From assembly GCA_965287045.1 (NCBI GenBank), contig OZ336873.1, positions 30,566,001 to 30,630,000 of the forward strand: a stretch of DNA of 64,000 bases, written 5' to 3'. The notes under the pieces are model-generated. The model saw nothing but the letters and a program-made list of their open reading frames with translations. It was not told the origin of the DNA and did not search any database. Of the stretch, positions 12,148-24,663 are shown in pieces (within the stretch, counting starts at the first letter, position 1; every line of letters starts with the position of its first letter). This DNA comes from Carcharhinus amblyrhynchos (lineage: Eukaryota). A program made the translations under genes and the position numbers.

Positions 12148-12545
12148 CTTGCATTTACATAGTGCCTATCACAATCTCAGGAAGTCCCAGAGCACATTAC
12201 AGTCAATTAACTACTTTCAATATGTAGTCACTGTTGGAATATTGGAAACACTACAGCCAACTTGCGCACAGCGTGTTTCCACAAACAGTGCTGTGATAAT
12301 AATAAATAATCTGTTCTCGAATTTTTGTAGAGGAATATATATTAGCCAGTGCAGCTGGTAGAACTCCCTTGCTATTTGTTAAATGTGTTATGGAATCCAC
12401 GTGGGGCTCCAGTTTAAGGACACATCAAAAAGACAGCACCTCTGACACTGTAGCATTTCCTTAGTTCCACCCCGAAGTGTCAAACTTGATTATGTGCAGT
12501 CTACAACCTCGGATTTCAAGGTGAGACTGCTATCAGTGAACCATG
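12148..12545 (-). mobile_element. SacSINE1/AmnSINE1-like DeuSINE
   Basis: Contains aaagacagcacctctgacactgtagca (Deu-domain-like) and the cttgcatttacatag tail. Confidence 0.7.
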
Positions 12546-13782
12546 GCATCGATATTTGTATGCAAAAGCTTTTCCTTGTATATGTCGGGATTACAGTTTT
12601 TTAAAAATTGTCCAAATGACATTTAAAGTAAAATTTATTTTTTATTATTTTCACTGAATTGAACAGGTTGATTTTAAGTTTTTTTTCAAACACCATCTCA
12701 CATCTGACATTTGCAGGCCAGATTTTCATCTTGAAGGTGGGAGATGGGTGTCAGTGGATTTGCCGATGCGATCCTGTCTCCTGGCTGGTAGTGCCCACTC
12801 ACCCGATCTTCATGGTATTGACTCAGGGATGGGCTGGAGTTAGATCTGCTGCCTCCCGAGCCAGCACTGAGGCTTCTTTTCCCACAACCTCAACAGCGGC
12901 CAAACGCTGAACAACACTCAGGCTACTCCCATCCTTATCCCATGCCAAAATACGCGTGCACCTCAAGGAGATCTGACCCCTTTCTACATTGCCACGCAGT
13001 ATCAACCATGCCAACTGGCAACCATACAACAATGGTGAGGCCCCCTTGCCAAGCCCACCACTGGTAATCAAGTTACAAAACACCATCCCCTCACTATCAG
13101 GTCATCATGCTAATGACGTACCACAAAAAGCTTAAAGCTGGTCATTCGAAACATCCACACACTCGAGGGCTAAAAAAACCACACAAACATCTTTCTCTCA
13201 GAAAGGGGGGATTTCAGTAGTTCCCTCTTATCCTGTCTGTAACAAACTGAGGGGGGGCATCAGGAAGGTGCTGCACCTTAACCTTGTCCAGGTCACTGAC
13301 ACAATGTCTAGTGCTAGTGGACAAGGCTACAAACAGGATATGCTGTTTCAAACCACATGGGGGGGATTCCCTTCTCGATGCAGCGTAGAGCCACCTCATC
13401 TCCCTATCCCCATCCTGAAGTCAATACATGCCATGGATGAGAGAATCCCCATTACAGGTGCACAGGGTCGTGGAAGAGGCATTCTCAGGAATAGTGTGGT
13501 GGTGGTTGTCATAGTAATGGATCTTGGGGAAAGATTGTGCTTGGTCGAATGGGCAGCAAGGTGGGTTGCATGGTGGAAGGGTGGCACTGAATCTGCGAGA
13601 TAAGCCGGTCTGACAACATACTAGGCACTGGCTGTAGTGTACAGAGACATCAATGAGGAATGATGAGGTCCCCATGCCTTGTTCTTCTCAGGAGTTTTTC
13701 CTGTGTCACACAGGTCCCAGCACTGCAATCCCATGCGCTGCAGCAGGGCAGTATTTTGGAGAGCCGCAGGAGTGGAATCAGC

Positions 13783-14713
13783 GGGCGGAATTTTCCCAAA
13801 AAAACAAGAAAGTGACAGAATGGCGAGAATAATGAAATGATCCGTGATGTTCTCTCAGGCGTGCTCTGCACCATGATTATCCCATACTTTTTTGAGCAGT
13901 AGGTAGAGTGATGGTACTGAGGGAGACAAGGCTTAAACACACATGTGAGCCTGACTCCAGAGCACTCAGACACCGTTCCGCAAAGGCACCCCTCACAGTA
14001 TACTGGGAGATCCCCTCCCTCCCCGCCATGGACATTGAGACACCCCCACACTCAACGACGACATGTCCCTCCACCCCTGCCCAATATGGCACTGGACCCC
14101 TCCCAAAGGGGTCCAGTTATAACCCCCGATATGCCCCCTGATTATAACCCCTAACATGATCCACCCCTGCATGACCCTCCTTCATGAACCCTCCTGCATA
14201 ACCAGCTCCCCGTCATAGCCCCCATTCAGGCCTCCTCACCCTCTTGGTACTGCCAGGGTGCCTGGTAGCCATTGCTGGGCTGCCTGGTGGTCACTGCTGG
14301 GATGTAAAGTGGGCAGTGCCAGTGTGTCAGGTGGGCATTGCCAGATGGCACTGCCAGATGGGCACCACCCAGCCATAACCCCAACTACTCGAGGGCTTCT
14401 ATGGCCACCAAGCGTGGCCATCATGCCAGGTGTCCACTGGTGGAGACCAGTAGTGATTCGCGCCAGCATGACCTCCCGCTGGAGTGGTGGGAACATTTCA
14501 GAAGGAGTGATGATTGTGTGCTGAATGTGCTAACGAAATTGAGATCCAGTCAATCTCATGCTAATCAGCCTTCCGCTCTTTCTGGACATGATCTGGTTCA
14601 CGCCAGTAGAAAGGGACTGGGACAATTGCCAACTGTTTGATGTCAGGCCCGCATGTTATTTTTTGGCATTGGCATGATCTGTGCTAGGCACAGCATGGTT
14701 GGAAAATCACCCC
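13783..14713. mobile_element. Nested non-autonomous TIR element
   Basis: Ends gggcggaattttcc / ggaaaatcacccc; ggcagtgcca/tggcactgcc motifs shared with 45005-45840. Confidence 0.6.
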
Positions 14714-15616
14714 CAGCATAACATCAGAAGAACTCACCTGGCATCAGCTCAGATACTTGTACCTGGGCTGGTCCATATGCTTGGTTTTAGAGTCAGGGCA
14801 CAGGATGAGGAACACCGATTTATTGTGCCTGAGGGGATGGCTGAAATAGAGGCATCTGTGGACAATCTTCCTCAAAGCGTGGAGGAGTGTCACAGTACTG
14901 CTTGGTGGGGTAGTGAGGTTGGGCTGCAGGAATCACACTTGAGGGTTCAGTTTTTGGATCAGCAGTGGCAGATGTGTGGCCATCTGGCAGCATTCCTCAA
15001 GGCAGGGCGAGCTGGTGCCCTGCGCTCAGAGCAATCCCTCTCGCAGAAGCGCTCAACAGTGTCTAGGCGATTCCAACACACAAGCTCCACCCGTGAGATT
15101 GTAGCCAACCTCATGGTGAGACCCATACAACAGCCACGGGAGCACATGTAAGAGCAGCAAGAAGTCCTGCACAGGTTGCATGGTGCTCTCCATAGCCAGC
15201 CGGTCAGTACAGAACCTGAGCATCATTGTCTGTGAAGGAGATGAGGAGCTGCAGACTGTGAACAAGACATTCTCACCTGTGGCTGGGGGGAAGTCCCCTC
15301 CATTAGATCCCTTCACACTGTCTCGCCCTCTCTGAATGGGAGAACATATGTGGTGCAGGTTCCACTGACAACAACTGCCCCAGCACAATTGTAGGCAGCA
15401 GTCACAGGAAGGACCCAATGTGTTACAGAGGCAGGTTGCCACTGTCCTCACTGCCACACAGTCAAATAGTGAGCGGGCTGCCTCCAACTCTAGTACAGCA
15501 GTAAGGAGGGCACTGCTTAGGAGTATGCATGGTTGCAGGACACCTCAAACACTATGGTAAGTTATATCTGTATGTAGGTAAGAAAACTGTCTGATATAAA
15601 GCTGTGGTAAAGTAAC

Positions 15617-15790
15617 AGCAAAAAACTGTAGATACTGGAACAAAAGCAGAAAATGCTGGAAGATCTCATTTAGTCTGATACCATGTGTGGAGAGAGAATA
15701 GAGCCAACGTTTTGAGACTGGATAACGCTTTGTCAGACGAAGGGTCATTCAGACTTGAAACGTTAGTTGTATTGTCTTTCCACAGGTGCT
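15617..15790. mobile_element. Penelope pseudo-LTR-derived fold-back element
   Basis: cagaaaatgctgg...gacgaagggtcattcagacttgaaacgtt; flanking duplication gctgtggtaaa(g/a)taac at 15601 and 15788. Confidence 0.7.
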
Positions 15791-15910
15791 GTGGTAAAAT
15801 AACTGGTTTATGCTAGGGTTTGCATGCTATTTGCATATCTAAATCAATAACTGTTTACAATGTACACAGAAGTTATCAGCTTTTCTCCAGCGCCACAAAA
15901 AAATTGTTTC

Positions 15911-16210
15911 AAGTTTATTTATTGGTGTCACAAGTAGGCTTACATTAACACTGCAATGAAGCTACTGTGAAATTCTTTGGGTCGCCACAATCCCGCGCCT
16001 GTTTGTGTCCATCGAGGGAGAATTTAACATGGCCAATGCACCTAACCAGGACATATTTTGAACTGTGGAAGGAAGCCGAAGCACCCAGAGGAAACCCACG
16101 TGGACATGGGGAGAACATGCAGACTCCACACAGACAGTGACCCAAGCCGGGAACCTAACCTGGGTTCCTGGTGCTATGAAGCAGCAGTGCTAACCACTGT
16201 GCCATCATGC
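15911..16210 (-). mobile_element. HE1-type V-SINE, variant B
   Basis: Reverse complement of the 1355 copy, full length. Confidence 0.88.
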
Positions 16211-16479
16211 ACTCAGTAGACCAATATATAATGTTTGCATTGAGAAAGATCTTGTGTGGATGCCAGCGAAGTGAAAGCTCAGGCTTTGTCCAGTGCCAGA
16301 CATGTGTTCTGTCACCAGCCGCACAGGGTGCCTTCAGATGAACCACTGCTGGATGAATAGATCCCTTAAGAGTGGTATCCGGCATGGATTCCTCTTCAGA
16401 TCTCCAGCCCATCCTGTGCCCCAACTCAATGGCCCACCTTGCAGCTCAGCTTCCTGTGCCCACAGAATCCCCTGGCCCC

Positions 16480-17245
16480 TCTTCAGCACCCTCCTTCTCC
16501 TCTTGCTTGCCCTCCAATGATATGGGACCATCCCTGCCTCCTCAAGCTGCACATCCCTCTGCTGTGACATATTATGCAGTAAGCAGCAAGCAAACAGCAT
16601 CCAGGAGGTTACGATGGGTGTGTTGGAGATGTTCACCAGAGCTGGCAAGGCATTGAAATCTTATCTTGAGCAGGCCCACCAGGTCCTGTCAACCAGAATT
16701 CACCCATGTGCCTGGGGATGGGGTAGAAGCTCTGGGGTAGCCTTGATTCATGGAGTATAAATACATCAAGGCAGCTTCCTGAAAAACATGCACAGTTGTG
16801 AAGGAAGTTCTTCTTATGTTTGCAAACCAGCTGGGCATCTATAGAATGATATCTCTTCCTGGATTTCCCATTGGTGCCTGCATGGCCCCATTAGAACAAT
16901 CTGTGATGCCCTGGCGCTGGAGCTGGGGTAAGATTGCTTCATCCATCAGGAAGTAGATGAAGTTATTGGGAAAGGGAATCAATGATGGCATAGATGTAGC
17001 AGTGAGCAGCTGACTGGAATATCCGGGTCAACCACAGAGTTCTGAAAGTGTCCGAGGCAAAGAGGTTGGAGGCCACAATGACCTTCAGTGTTTGCTGCAG
17101 GGTCTGTCAATGGGTGGTTCCTGGAGCCAAGTCATCATTCAAGAGGGCATAGATGTCGGGCACTTTCTCCCTGGAAAGGCAAAGTCTCCTCCTGCCTGCA
17201 TTGATGAGGGAGCTTACATCATTTCCAGAAGCACATTTCCTTTCC
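16480..17245 (-). pseudogene. PIF/Harbinger DDE transposase relic (HARBI1-family fold)
   Basis: Minus-strand motifs in the correct order: RRRLCLSREKV..LLNDDL, LKVIVASNLFAS, QGITDC (GAIDCTH), NQGYP (DxGYP), GLLKIRFQCL, CCLLHN; broken by frameshifts and stops. Confidence 0.85.
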
Positions 17246-18111
17246 TATAAAGCCAGCACTATGCATGCCTCTTACAAGCGGCAGGCTTCAGTAAACTTGC
17301 ACTCGACAATACCATGAGTCCAGCAGAATGGACTAATGCCCTGTTAGTGGCAGAATGTTTCTCAAGCTTCAGGGACCAGAGCCCTGATGCAGCCCTCCTT
17401 GCTGGTGCGAATCTAGGACCTTCTCTGGGGATTTCCTGGAGGAGGTGCTGCAAAGTCTTCCTGACATACAAATTTTTCAAAGTTTTCCCACACTACTGAG
17501 GGATCTCCTGCTATTTTGCTGACTATACAGCACTGACATGGCTCACACAGACTTGCAAAGCCCTCATGACTCCTTCATTACATCAAAGTGACTGCTTTAG
17601 CAATCTTCACTATAGTATGCCCAATGTCCCTCACTGTGCCTAGATCATGTCGGATCATGACCTCTCCCCCTTCCCTCGCCAGTGGGAGTGGCCAGGACTG
17701 GAAATGGGACAGGAATTCTGGACGTGGGTCCACGCATACCTCTTTTATCGATTGCCCGACATGAACTGGCCTCATGTCAGGACGAGGAAATCCAGCCTTC
17801 TGTCTTAGAATATACCATTTATCATATGGTATTCCGTTTGATTCATCTTTCAATGCGTCCAGCACATTATTGAGAATTTAATGCCGATCAAACTCATTTT
17901 ACCATTTCAGAATGGAAATATCATTTGCAATTGGAAAGGAAAAACTTGCTGCAGTGGCCTGAACTTGTATTTAGATTACAAAAATAAAGAAAAAAGACAC
18001 TTACATTTATGCAATATCTTATCATGCAGTGACTTTACTTTTAGATACAGCTATTATTGGTATGTAAGCAAATATTACAGTCTTCTGCATTACAAATGAC
18101 TTCCAAGTAGT

Positions 18112-18283
18112 AGAATCATAGAATCCCTACAGTTCAGAAAGAGGCCATTTGGTCCATCGAGCCTGCACTGACAACAATCCCACCCAACCCCTATTGCCGT
18201 AACCCCATGCATCTACCCTGCTAATCTTCCTGACACTAAGGGACCATTGAGCATGGCAAATCAACCCAACCTGCACATCTTTG
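18112..18283 (-). mobile_element. HE1 V-SINE 3' half (HER1-type tail), inserted in a DeuSINE-like copy (~17990-18550)
   Basis: agaatcatagaatccctac...ggccatttggtccatcgag...cctgcacatcttt. Confidence 0.8.
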
Positions 18284-18829
18284 CAAATGAAATGAAAGAT
18301 TGTCTAATCCACATTTCGTTGGCATTTGTTGAGGTGGTAAACCAGATGTGCTACCAGCAGTGATCAAGGATCTGTCCACCCAAAAGATAAATAGTGCCTA
18401 AATAGAACTGTTCATCTGACAGATGACGAAATTGCAGCCCTTCCTCAGCACTGCACTGCATTGCCAGTCTAATATATGTGTTCAAGGTCTGCCATGGGGC
18501 GTCAACCCTCACACGTGTAATCCACGAATGAGAGTGCCAAGAACTCAGCCAGTTGTAAAACTAGAGGGTGCAATTATTAGAAGCTACTGCTTTTTGCCCA
18601 CAGCACCTACAGCGTATGCATTGCAAATAAGGATCTGTAACCTATATAATCCCTATTAAAGTAGCAGAGGGTGTTAAAGAAGTGTTTAAAAATAAGTGTT
18701 TACAAGCTTAACTGTTAAAACCACTTTTCTGTCCAGAAACTATTTCATACATGAATCTTTTTGCATTAAAAATTGCGAAAGGCTTGAATCAACACTAATG
18801 CTCCAGAACTGTGATCACAAACTGAGTTG

Positions 18830-19800
18830 TCGATGGGTGATTTACATTTTTAATGGCAGCCAGACAATATTTTAGGGAGCTAGATACATGCCTGCTGTTA
18901 TTAACATTCAACAAGGAAATGCTTGTTCATTGCCAAAGCCCCACAACAGAGAACACAAATGTGGGAAAAAAAAGCGAGCTTCACCTCCTTTCAAACTTCA
19001 CCAGCTACACTTGTGGTATTGTCGACTGCAACTTTACTGAAGCCTGCCGCTTGTAAGAGACATGCATAGTGCTGGCTTTATATCTTAAAAACGCAGTATT
19101 TCTAAAAATCCACAAATTAAATCCCTCTATTTACTGCGTGTTCATCGATAAATATGGTAATCAAAGAGAGGGGGGGGAAACAATACAAACCAAACTATAA
19201 TTTTTCACAAATGGCAAAAATAGTGATTGACAGCACAGGCCACGCATGCATAATGCATCTTATCCACTTTTGCAGATTGCCTTGTTACCAGTAATGGGAA
19301 TAGTATGTCATAAACCATTTTTGAAGCTGAAGTAAGAATTCTGTGAGACAATAAAATAGTCGACTAACCTTGACACTAAATATTTCAGTGCCATTTTTAA
19401 CATATTTGGATTTTTTTGGGCGGAAAGGGTAAATATTCTCCAGTATCCAGTTAAAATGCAATTAATCCATTACATAACACAATTTTAAAAATTGGCATTT
19501 ACATACGATAAATCACAATGTCACAACCTACAAATCACAACCATGCACTTCATATGAGACAACATCTTATTTCATCAAGGGTCCTTTTTGCCATCAGGCA
19601 TGCATGCCGGCAATATCATTTCACAGTCTCAATAATCAGCTTATTTATTATATTGCTGCATTTCAGTCCGCACCGTGATTATCTCAAAATGTACCCTTTA
19701 CTGGGATCTAATGATCCCATGCACAGGTGAATCTATTGTTTCGTGATGGTTATTTAAAACGAAGGTGCTCATACCATTTGGGTTATTACTGTCTGGTACT
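18830..19800. promoter_or_regulatory. Candidate conserved non-coding element / enhancer
   Basis: TE-free unique sequence with TGATTTAC (18838-18845) and the PBX-MEIS/PREP decamer TGATTGACAG (19224-19233). Conservation not tested. Confidence 0.4.
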
Positions 19801-20810
19801 AGTATCACAGTAACAGCCATATTTCGATGTAACAAAGTTCATTTTAAAAAGGAAATTCCTCCACCAGCCCAAACTTAACCCGCAACAAGATTTGTGACCA
19901 TGATCAACATTTCTGTTTTATTTCTTGCCTGTTTACGTGTAATTTTTGAATATTTCTATTTTGACATTGAATGTTAATAGAATCACTAAGAGAATTGAAA
20001 TGGAAAGGTTAGTGGCCCCAGCCATGTGAAGAATATGAAGCAACTTTAGATGTGATCGTCCTGACACTATAATAAGCATTGATGTTCATTCTAAATTCTT
20101 ACAACTGCACACACAAAATGAAGTTGGGAAGAAATCTTACTTTGGCAAGACTTTTTGGATCTGTCCATTTTTGATACATGAGCAATATATTATTTTAATC
20201 AACTATTAGCATGCCTTTGTGGATGTCTGTGTATATGTATGTGCATGGGGTAGAAGAATTGGGTTGTTGACAAATGCACACATTGGCTGGCTTGAGACTC
20301 CTGTAAACAATGGCTGCATCTCTGGTGATTTTAATTATATGGAGAGAATGCAAACGCATCAATCTGGAGTCAAATTCCAATGAAGTCAAATTGTGTTTGA
20401 TTAACCATTGTTCATTGAAGTTGTTTACATTTATGGATTCTTTTGTCTCAGGTCTGTCACTGTAGGAAATATTTTCAAGTGGGGTGGCTTCTGATTAATT
20501 ATGAAGTATACCTTTTATCTTCTGTTGCAATAGCTTGGAGATCAGAGAATAAAGAATCATAAAACTAGGCTGGTACCCAACGTTCATTCATTTTTCCAGC
20601 TTCTTATGCTGTCACGTAGGATGTCTACGAAAGGAACTCCTTGTGGCTCATTTCGCAAGTAAATTAAGCGCTTTGCCACGAATTAAAGCTCAACATTTAC
20701 TGAAGAAAACTGATAAAGCAACAGAGGTTTTATTGATTTGAAACATAGTGAGACAATTGGCCTGGTCAGGTGGTTGGTTGGGAGGTGAGGACAAGGTAGG
20801 CATGTACTCA

Positions 20811-21148
20811 AGAATCACAGAAACCCTACAGTACAGAAAGGGGCCATTTGGCCCATTCAGTCTGCACCAACCACAATCCCATCCAGGCCCTACCCCCATA
20901 TCCCTACATATTTACCCACTAATCCCTCTAACCTATGCATTGCAGGACACTAAGGACAATTTTAGAATAGCCAATCAATCTAACCTGCACATCTTTGGAC
21001 TGTGGGAGGAAACCGGAACATCTGGAGGAAACCCATGCAGACACAAGGAGAATGTGCAAACTCCACACAGACAGTGACCCAAGCCGGGAATCGAACCCAG
21101 GACCCTGGAGCTGTGAAGCAGCATTGCTAACCACTGCGCCACCGTGCC
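20811..21148 (-). mobile_element. Full-length HE1 V-SINE (variant A, HER1-type tail)
   Basis: A/B boxes (tggcgcagtggttagc; gggttcgattccc), V-domain core, tail gggccgaatggcc-like ...ctgtagggtttctgtgattct. Confidence 0.92.
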
Positions 21149-21179
21149 ATTTCATACTGGAAGCATGTGGGCAGTTGTG

Positions 21180-21915
21180 TCCCACAAGGATCTGTGCTTG
21201 GGGTTCTATCCATTATATTTATTAATGACTCAGATCAGACAATAGAGAGCCATATATTTAAGTTTGCTGATAACACAAGGCAGTAATAGTAAGCAGTTTG
21301 GGTGGGAGCATGGAATTACAAAGAGACATTGATAGATTAAATAAAATGGATTTCAGTGCAGTTAAATGTGGAGTCATGGTTTTTTTGGACCTGAAAAGAT
21401 GGATACAAGAAAAAGATGAGGAGCTAGGAATTATTGAGACCTAAAGAGACTTAGGGTTTCCTGTACACAGATCATTAAAATATAGTGCTCAGGTACAATA
21501 CATTATCAAAGTACAATATTTGGCTACAGGGCTAGAAATGACAGAGGAGAAAGTCTTGTTACAGCTGTAGAGTGTCCTGATCAGATCATATCTGGAGTAC
21601 TGTGTCGCATTCTGGGCACCCACAGTGGAAAGGATATATTGAAGGAGTGTGGTGCAGATTCAGTAGAATGTTACCCGGCCTACAAGGGTTAAATTATGAG
21701 GAAAGATTACGCAGGCTTGTATTTCCTGGAATGTTGAAGGTTAAGGGGTGATTTGTTAAAGTTAGTAGTGTTTTGAAGGAAATTGATAAGATATATAGAA
21801 ACATTTCCCACTGGTGCGAGAATCAGAGCCAAGGCATTCTGGACAGAAGTTAGGATACACTTCATCGATGAAAAGCAATAGATGTTAGCATTTGTAAATC
21901 TGAGATCTACGGGAT
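21180..21915 (+). mobile_element. Old CR1 LINE RT fragment (resumes ~23750-23840)
   Basis: aagtttgctgataacac (KFADxT) and ctggagtactgtgtcgcattctgg (LEYCVxFW). Confidence 0.75.
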
Positions 21916-21919
21916 AAGA

Positions 21920-23728
21920 TATTTTCAGAAATTAGCAAAGGCTGATGGTGGGCAGGAAAATTGGCACTGACCCACCAACAACAGTGGAAGCTTTCCCCGC
22001 CATATTGTGCAGCACCTAGTGCCAAAAATGTTCATGTGCAGGTTCCACACCGCATCACTGGCACAGCAGCCTCTGACGCCTGCTCCACCATCACCTCAGC
22101 ACTGCAATGATCAGGTGCCACATTGAAATGTCACCCCAGCCATCCAGTGCAGGAAGAGGATGAATGATCTTTTCTGTTCTGTCACTCCTCTCGTCACTCA
22201 CAATCACACACCCATCACACGTCCACAGGGAACTCACTCACTGCCATCTCAAGGGACACCACCACTTGCTCCCCCGCACACATCTTCATCTCCCCTGCAA
22301 GTCGTGTCCTCATCACCTCACTGTACTCACTCACTATCCATACATACCAAGCATCCTTATCATCTGCCCTGGCGCAGATCCTGTTTACTCTCTCTCCACC
22401 GTTTCCATGCAGGAGAAGCTGGCACACAACACGAGGGAGAGATCCCAGGCAGAGAGAGTGATGCCAGAACTCAAGGTCCTCATGGATTTTGAGGGCAGAA
22501 ACATCCAGCCGGCCAGGAAGGACGGCGACTTCTCCGGTGCTGATGGTGAGGTCAAAGGCAATAAATAAACTGTTTCATCCATCAGACAACAATGCTGTGG
22601 GCGATGTCTCCTGATTCACAGGGCCCAGCCATGCAGTAATAAGCTTTCCTTTCTGTCGCAAGCAGCCGAGGGAATCCACCAGCCAGGTCCTCGACTCCAG
22701 CCTCAAGAGCAATGCAGAGGACAGTTCTGGAAATAGAGGACACATCACAGTGCTCACCCACACCCTCCACCAACACAGAGACAAATATGTCAGTGTGATC
22801 TAGTTCTGCTGTAGCCGCGACGTCACATCTGTTGAGCACGTCACACTCTCAGAGTCACAGCAGGCACAGGCAGGTGTGTCCCAGGGTGCCGGCACTCAGT
22901 GGATTGCTCGAGTCCAGGGAGTTGTTGCGTCCCAGTCAGATGACAAGCCTCTGGATCTAGTCATACCTCAGTTGCTGGAGCTCCAAAGGAAAACTTGGGA
23001 AAATCAGGAAGAGATACTTGGTACATCCCTTAGATTCAAAGGCTGCATGGAAGTGTCCATCCACCTTACGTTTGAGGTGATTTTGCCAACACCCTTAGGC
23101 AATGAGATCAACCCAGCTGGGGTGTTTTTTTTTCCCTGCACTGCTGCGGGACATGCAGTCCATGGTGCAGACATTTGCTGGGATCTATCAGTGCCAATGT
23201 CAGAATCAGACCCCGGTACCCATCAGTCAGACCCCATGTGCGCCAGAAGATGTCACCTGAGTCAACCTAGTACCCCCCTCTCCCCTGGGGCTAGTCTGGA
23301 GTCATCTGAGTTAAGCCAGGTGCCCCCCCAAGACAGACCCCTGTATCCCCGAGTCAACTCCCTGATTACGTGGAGCCACGCCATGAGTGCTGTGCTTGCT
23401 CTTGAACTCCCCTTGGAGCCGTGCTCACCCCGCGTGTACCTTTTAAAGCCAATTATAATTTGCATTGTTCTGCCGCCGCGTTGCAATATGATGACAGCGT
23501 CTGGACTTTATAATGAAATGTTAGTATTTTATGATGATGTTCCCAAAGTTGAATAGCTGGAAACACAGACTTGGTGGGCCAAAGGTTCTGTTCCTGTGCT
23601 GTACTGTTCTTTGTTCTTTGAACTCCACTGACTGGACGGGGGCTGATGTAAAATGTGACCTCCCATCATATTTTCCACTCCCGTCGTCGAACCCAGCTAA
23701 TGTAAACAGGATCACAAAATCCCAGCCA
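21920..23728 (+). mobile_element. Harbinger-derived element carrying a Myb/SANT-like (MSANTD-type) second-ORF relic
   Basis: QCRKRMNDL at 22145-22171, then after an AG acceptor EKLAHNTRERSQ...VLMDFEGR; LLELQRK in the 22876 ORF; right end aaaatcccagcc. Confidence 0.7.
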
Positions 23729-24422
23729 TACTCCTTTGCTATCAAGGATATATAGAGCCAAGGCTGGTAAATGGAGTTGGAATAGAGATCAGCCACCATT
23801 TCACAAAATGAAGGAGCAGCTTTGAGACTTATTTCAATTCCTAGGGGCTGGAATTCCTATGCATTTCCCCTCTGATGGATTCGAATGCAAGGAGCATATA
23901 AAATCAAGTGGGTGTCGTGCCCACTCCCTATCTGCCCAACCCTGTGCCTTCTGCAATTATACATTAGTTGAGGAGCCATCAGGCATCCTGCCCACACTTG
24001 GGCCAAGTGTAGACCTTAAGTGCCTAATTAATGACAGCTTCAAGGTCTCATCCCACTGTCACTGATACTTCACTCACAGAGCAGGTGAGGACATGTGGGA
24101 AACCAGCAGCTTTAGCTGCGCAAGCTGGTGTCAAGCAAGGTGGCAGGGAAACTCCTGGGCCCATTGAAGGCTCCCCCCCGCCCCCTCCCCGCCCCCAACA
24201 AATGGCATGCCTCACCTTTAACCCTCCACCCTGGCCATCCAGTCCTCGCCTCCCTCGCTGGGACCTGCTTGGACACTCAGCCACTTAATGCTGCCCCTGG
24301 TGTTAAAAAGCTGTGGGGGCAGCTGCTGGGTGCAGGAACAGGCTTCCAGAGCCTAGTTGGGAAGGGCCAGGTATCGCATTTAATCCAGACCCACGTTCCT
24401 AAGGTAAGCACTTATATGGAGG

Positions 24423-24642
24423 CAAAATACTGCGGATGCTGGAATCTGAAACAAAACAGAAAATGCTGGAAATTCTCAGCAGGTCTGACAGCATCTGTGG
24501 AGAGAGACTAGTCAATGCTTCGACTCTGGATGACCCTTCATCAGAGTTGAAACAATGTCATCCTGACTTGAAACATTGGCTCTATTCTCTCCCCACAGAT
24601 GCGGTCAGACCCATTGAGTTTCTCCAGCATTTTCTGCTTTTG
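24423..24642. mobile_element. Penelope pseudo-LTR-derived fold-back element
   Basis: Inverted arms cagaaaatgctgga...tccagcattttctg; minus-strand CTGATGA-agggtc...GAAG core. Confidence 0.75.
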
Positions 24643-24663
24643 TACTTTATTTGTATGGATGGG

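Larger units (their letters stand above)
12716..17797. mobile_element. Decayed autonomous-type PIF/Harbinger transposon with nested insertions
   Basis: Candidate TIRs ggccagattttc / gaaatccagcc; transposase relic inside. The left boundary is less certain. Confidence 0.55.

Noticed and set aside
17578-17865. 95-aa minus-strand ORF that reads protein-like (MLDALKDESNG...)
   Set aside because: It spans the Harbinger terminal repeat and flank, with no recognisable domain or splice context.
17246-19082. Staggered-break inversion of the 1.8 kb segment
   Set aside because: The Harbinger terminus inside the interval keeps its expected orientation, so an insertion explains it better.
22876-23556. 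226-aa ORF as a host gene
   Set aside because: Lies within the Harbinger Myb-ORF relic, starts at GTG, and its C-terminal half is non-conserved TE sequence.
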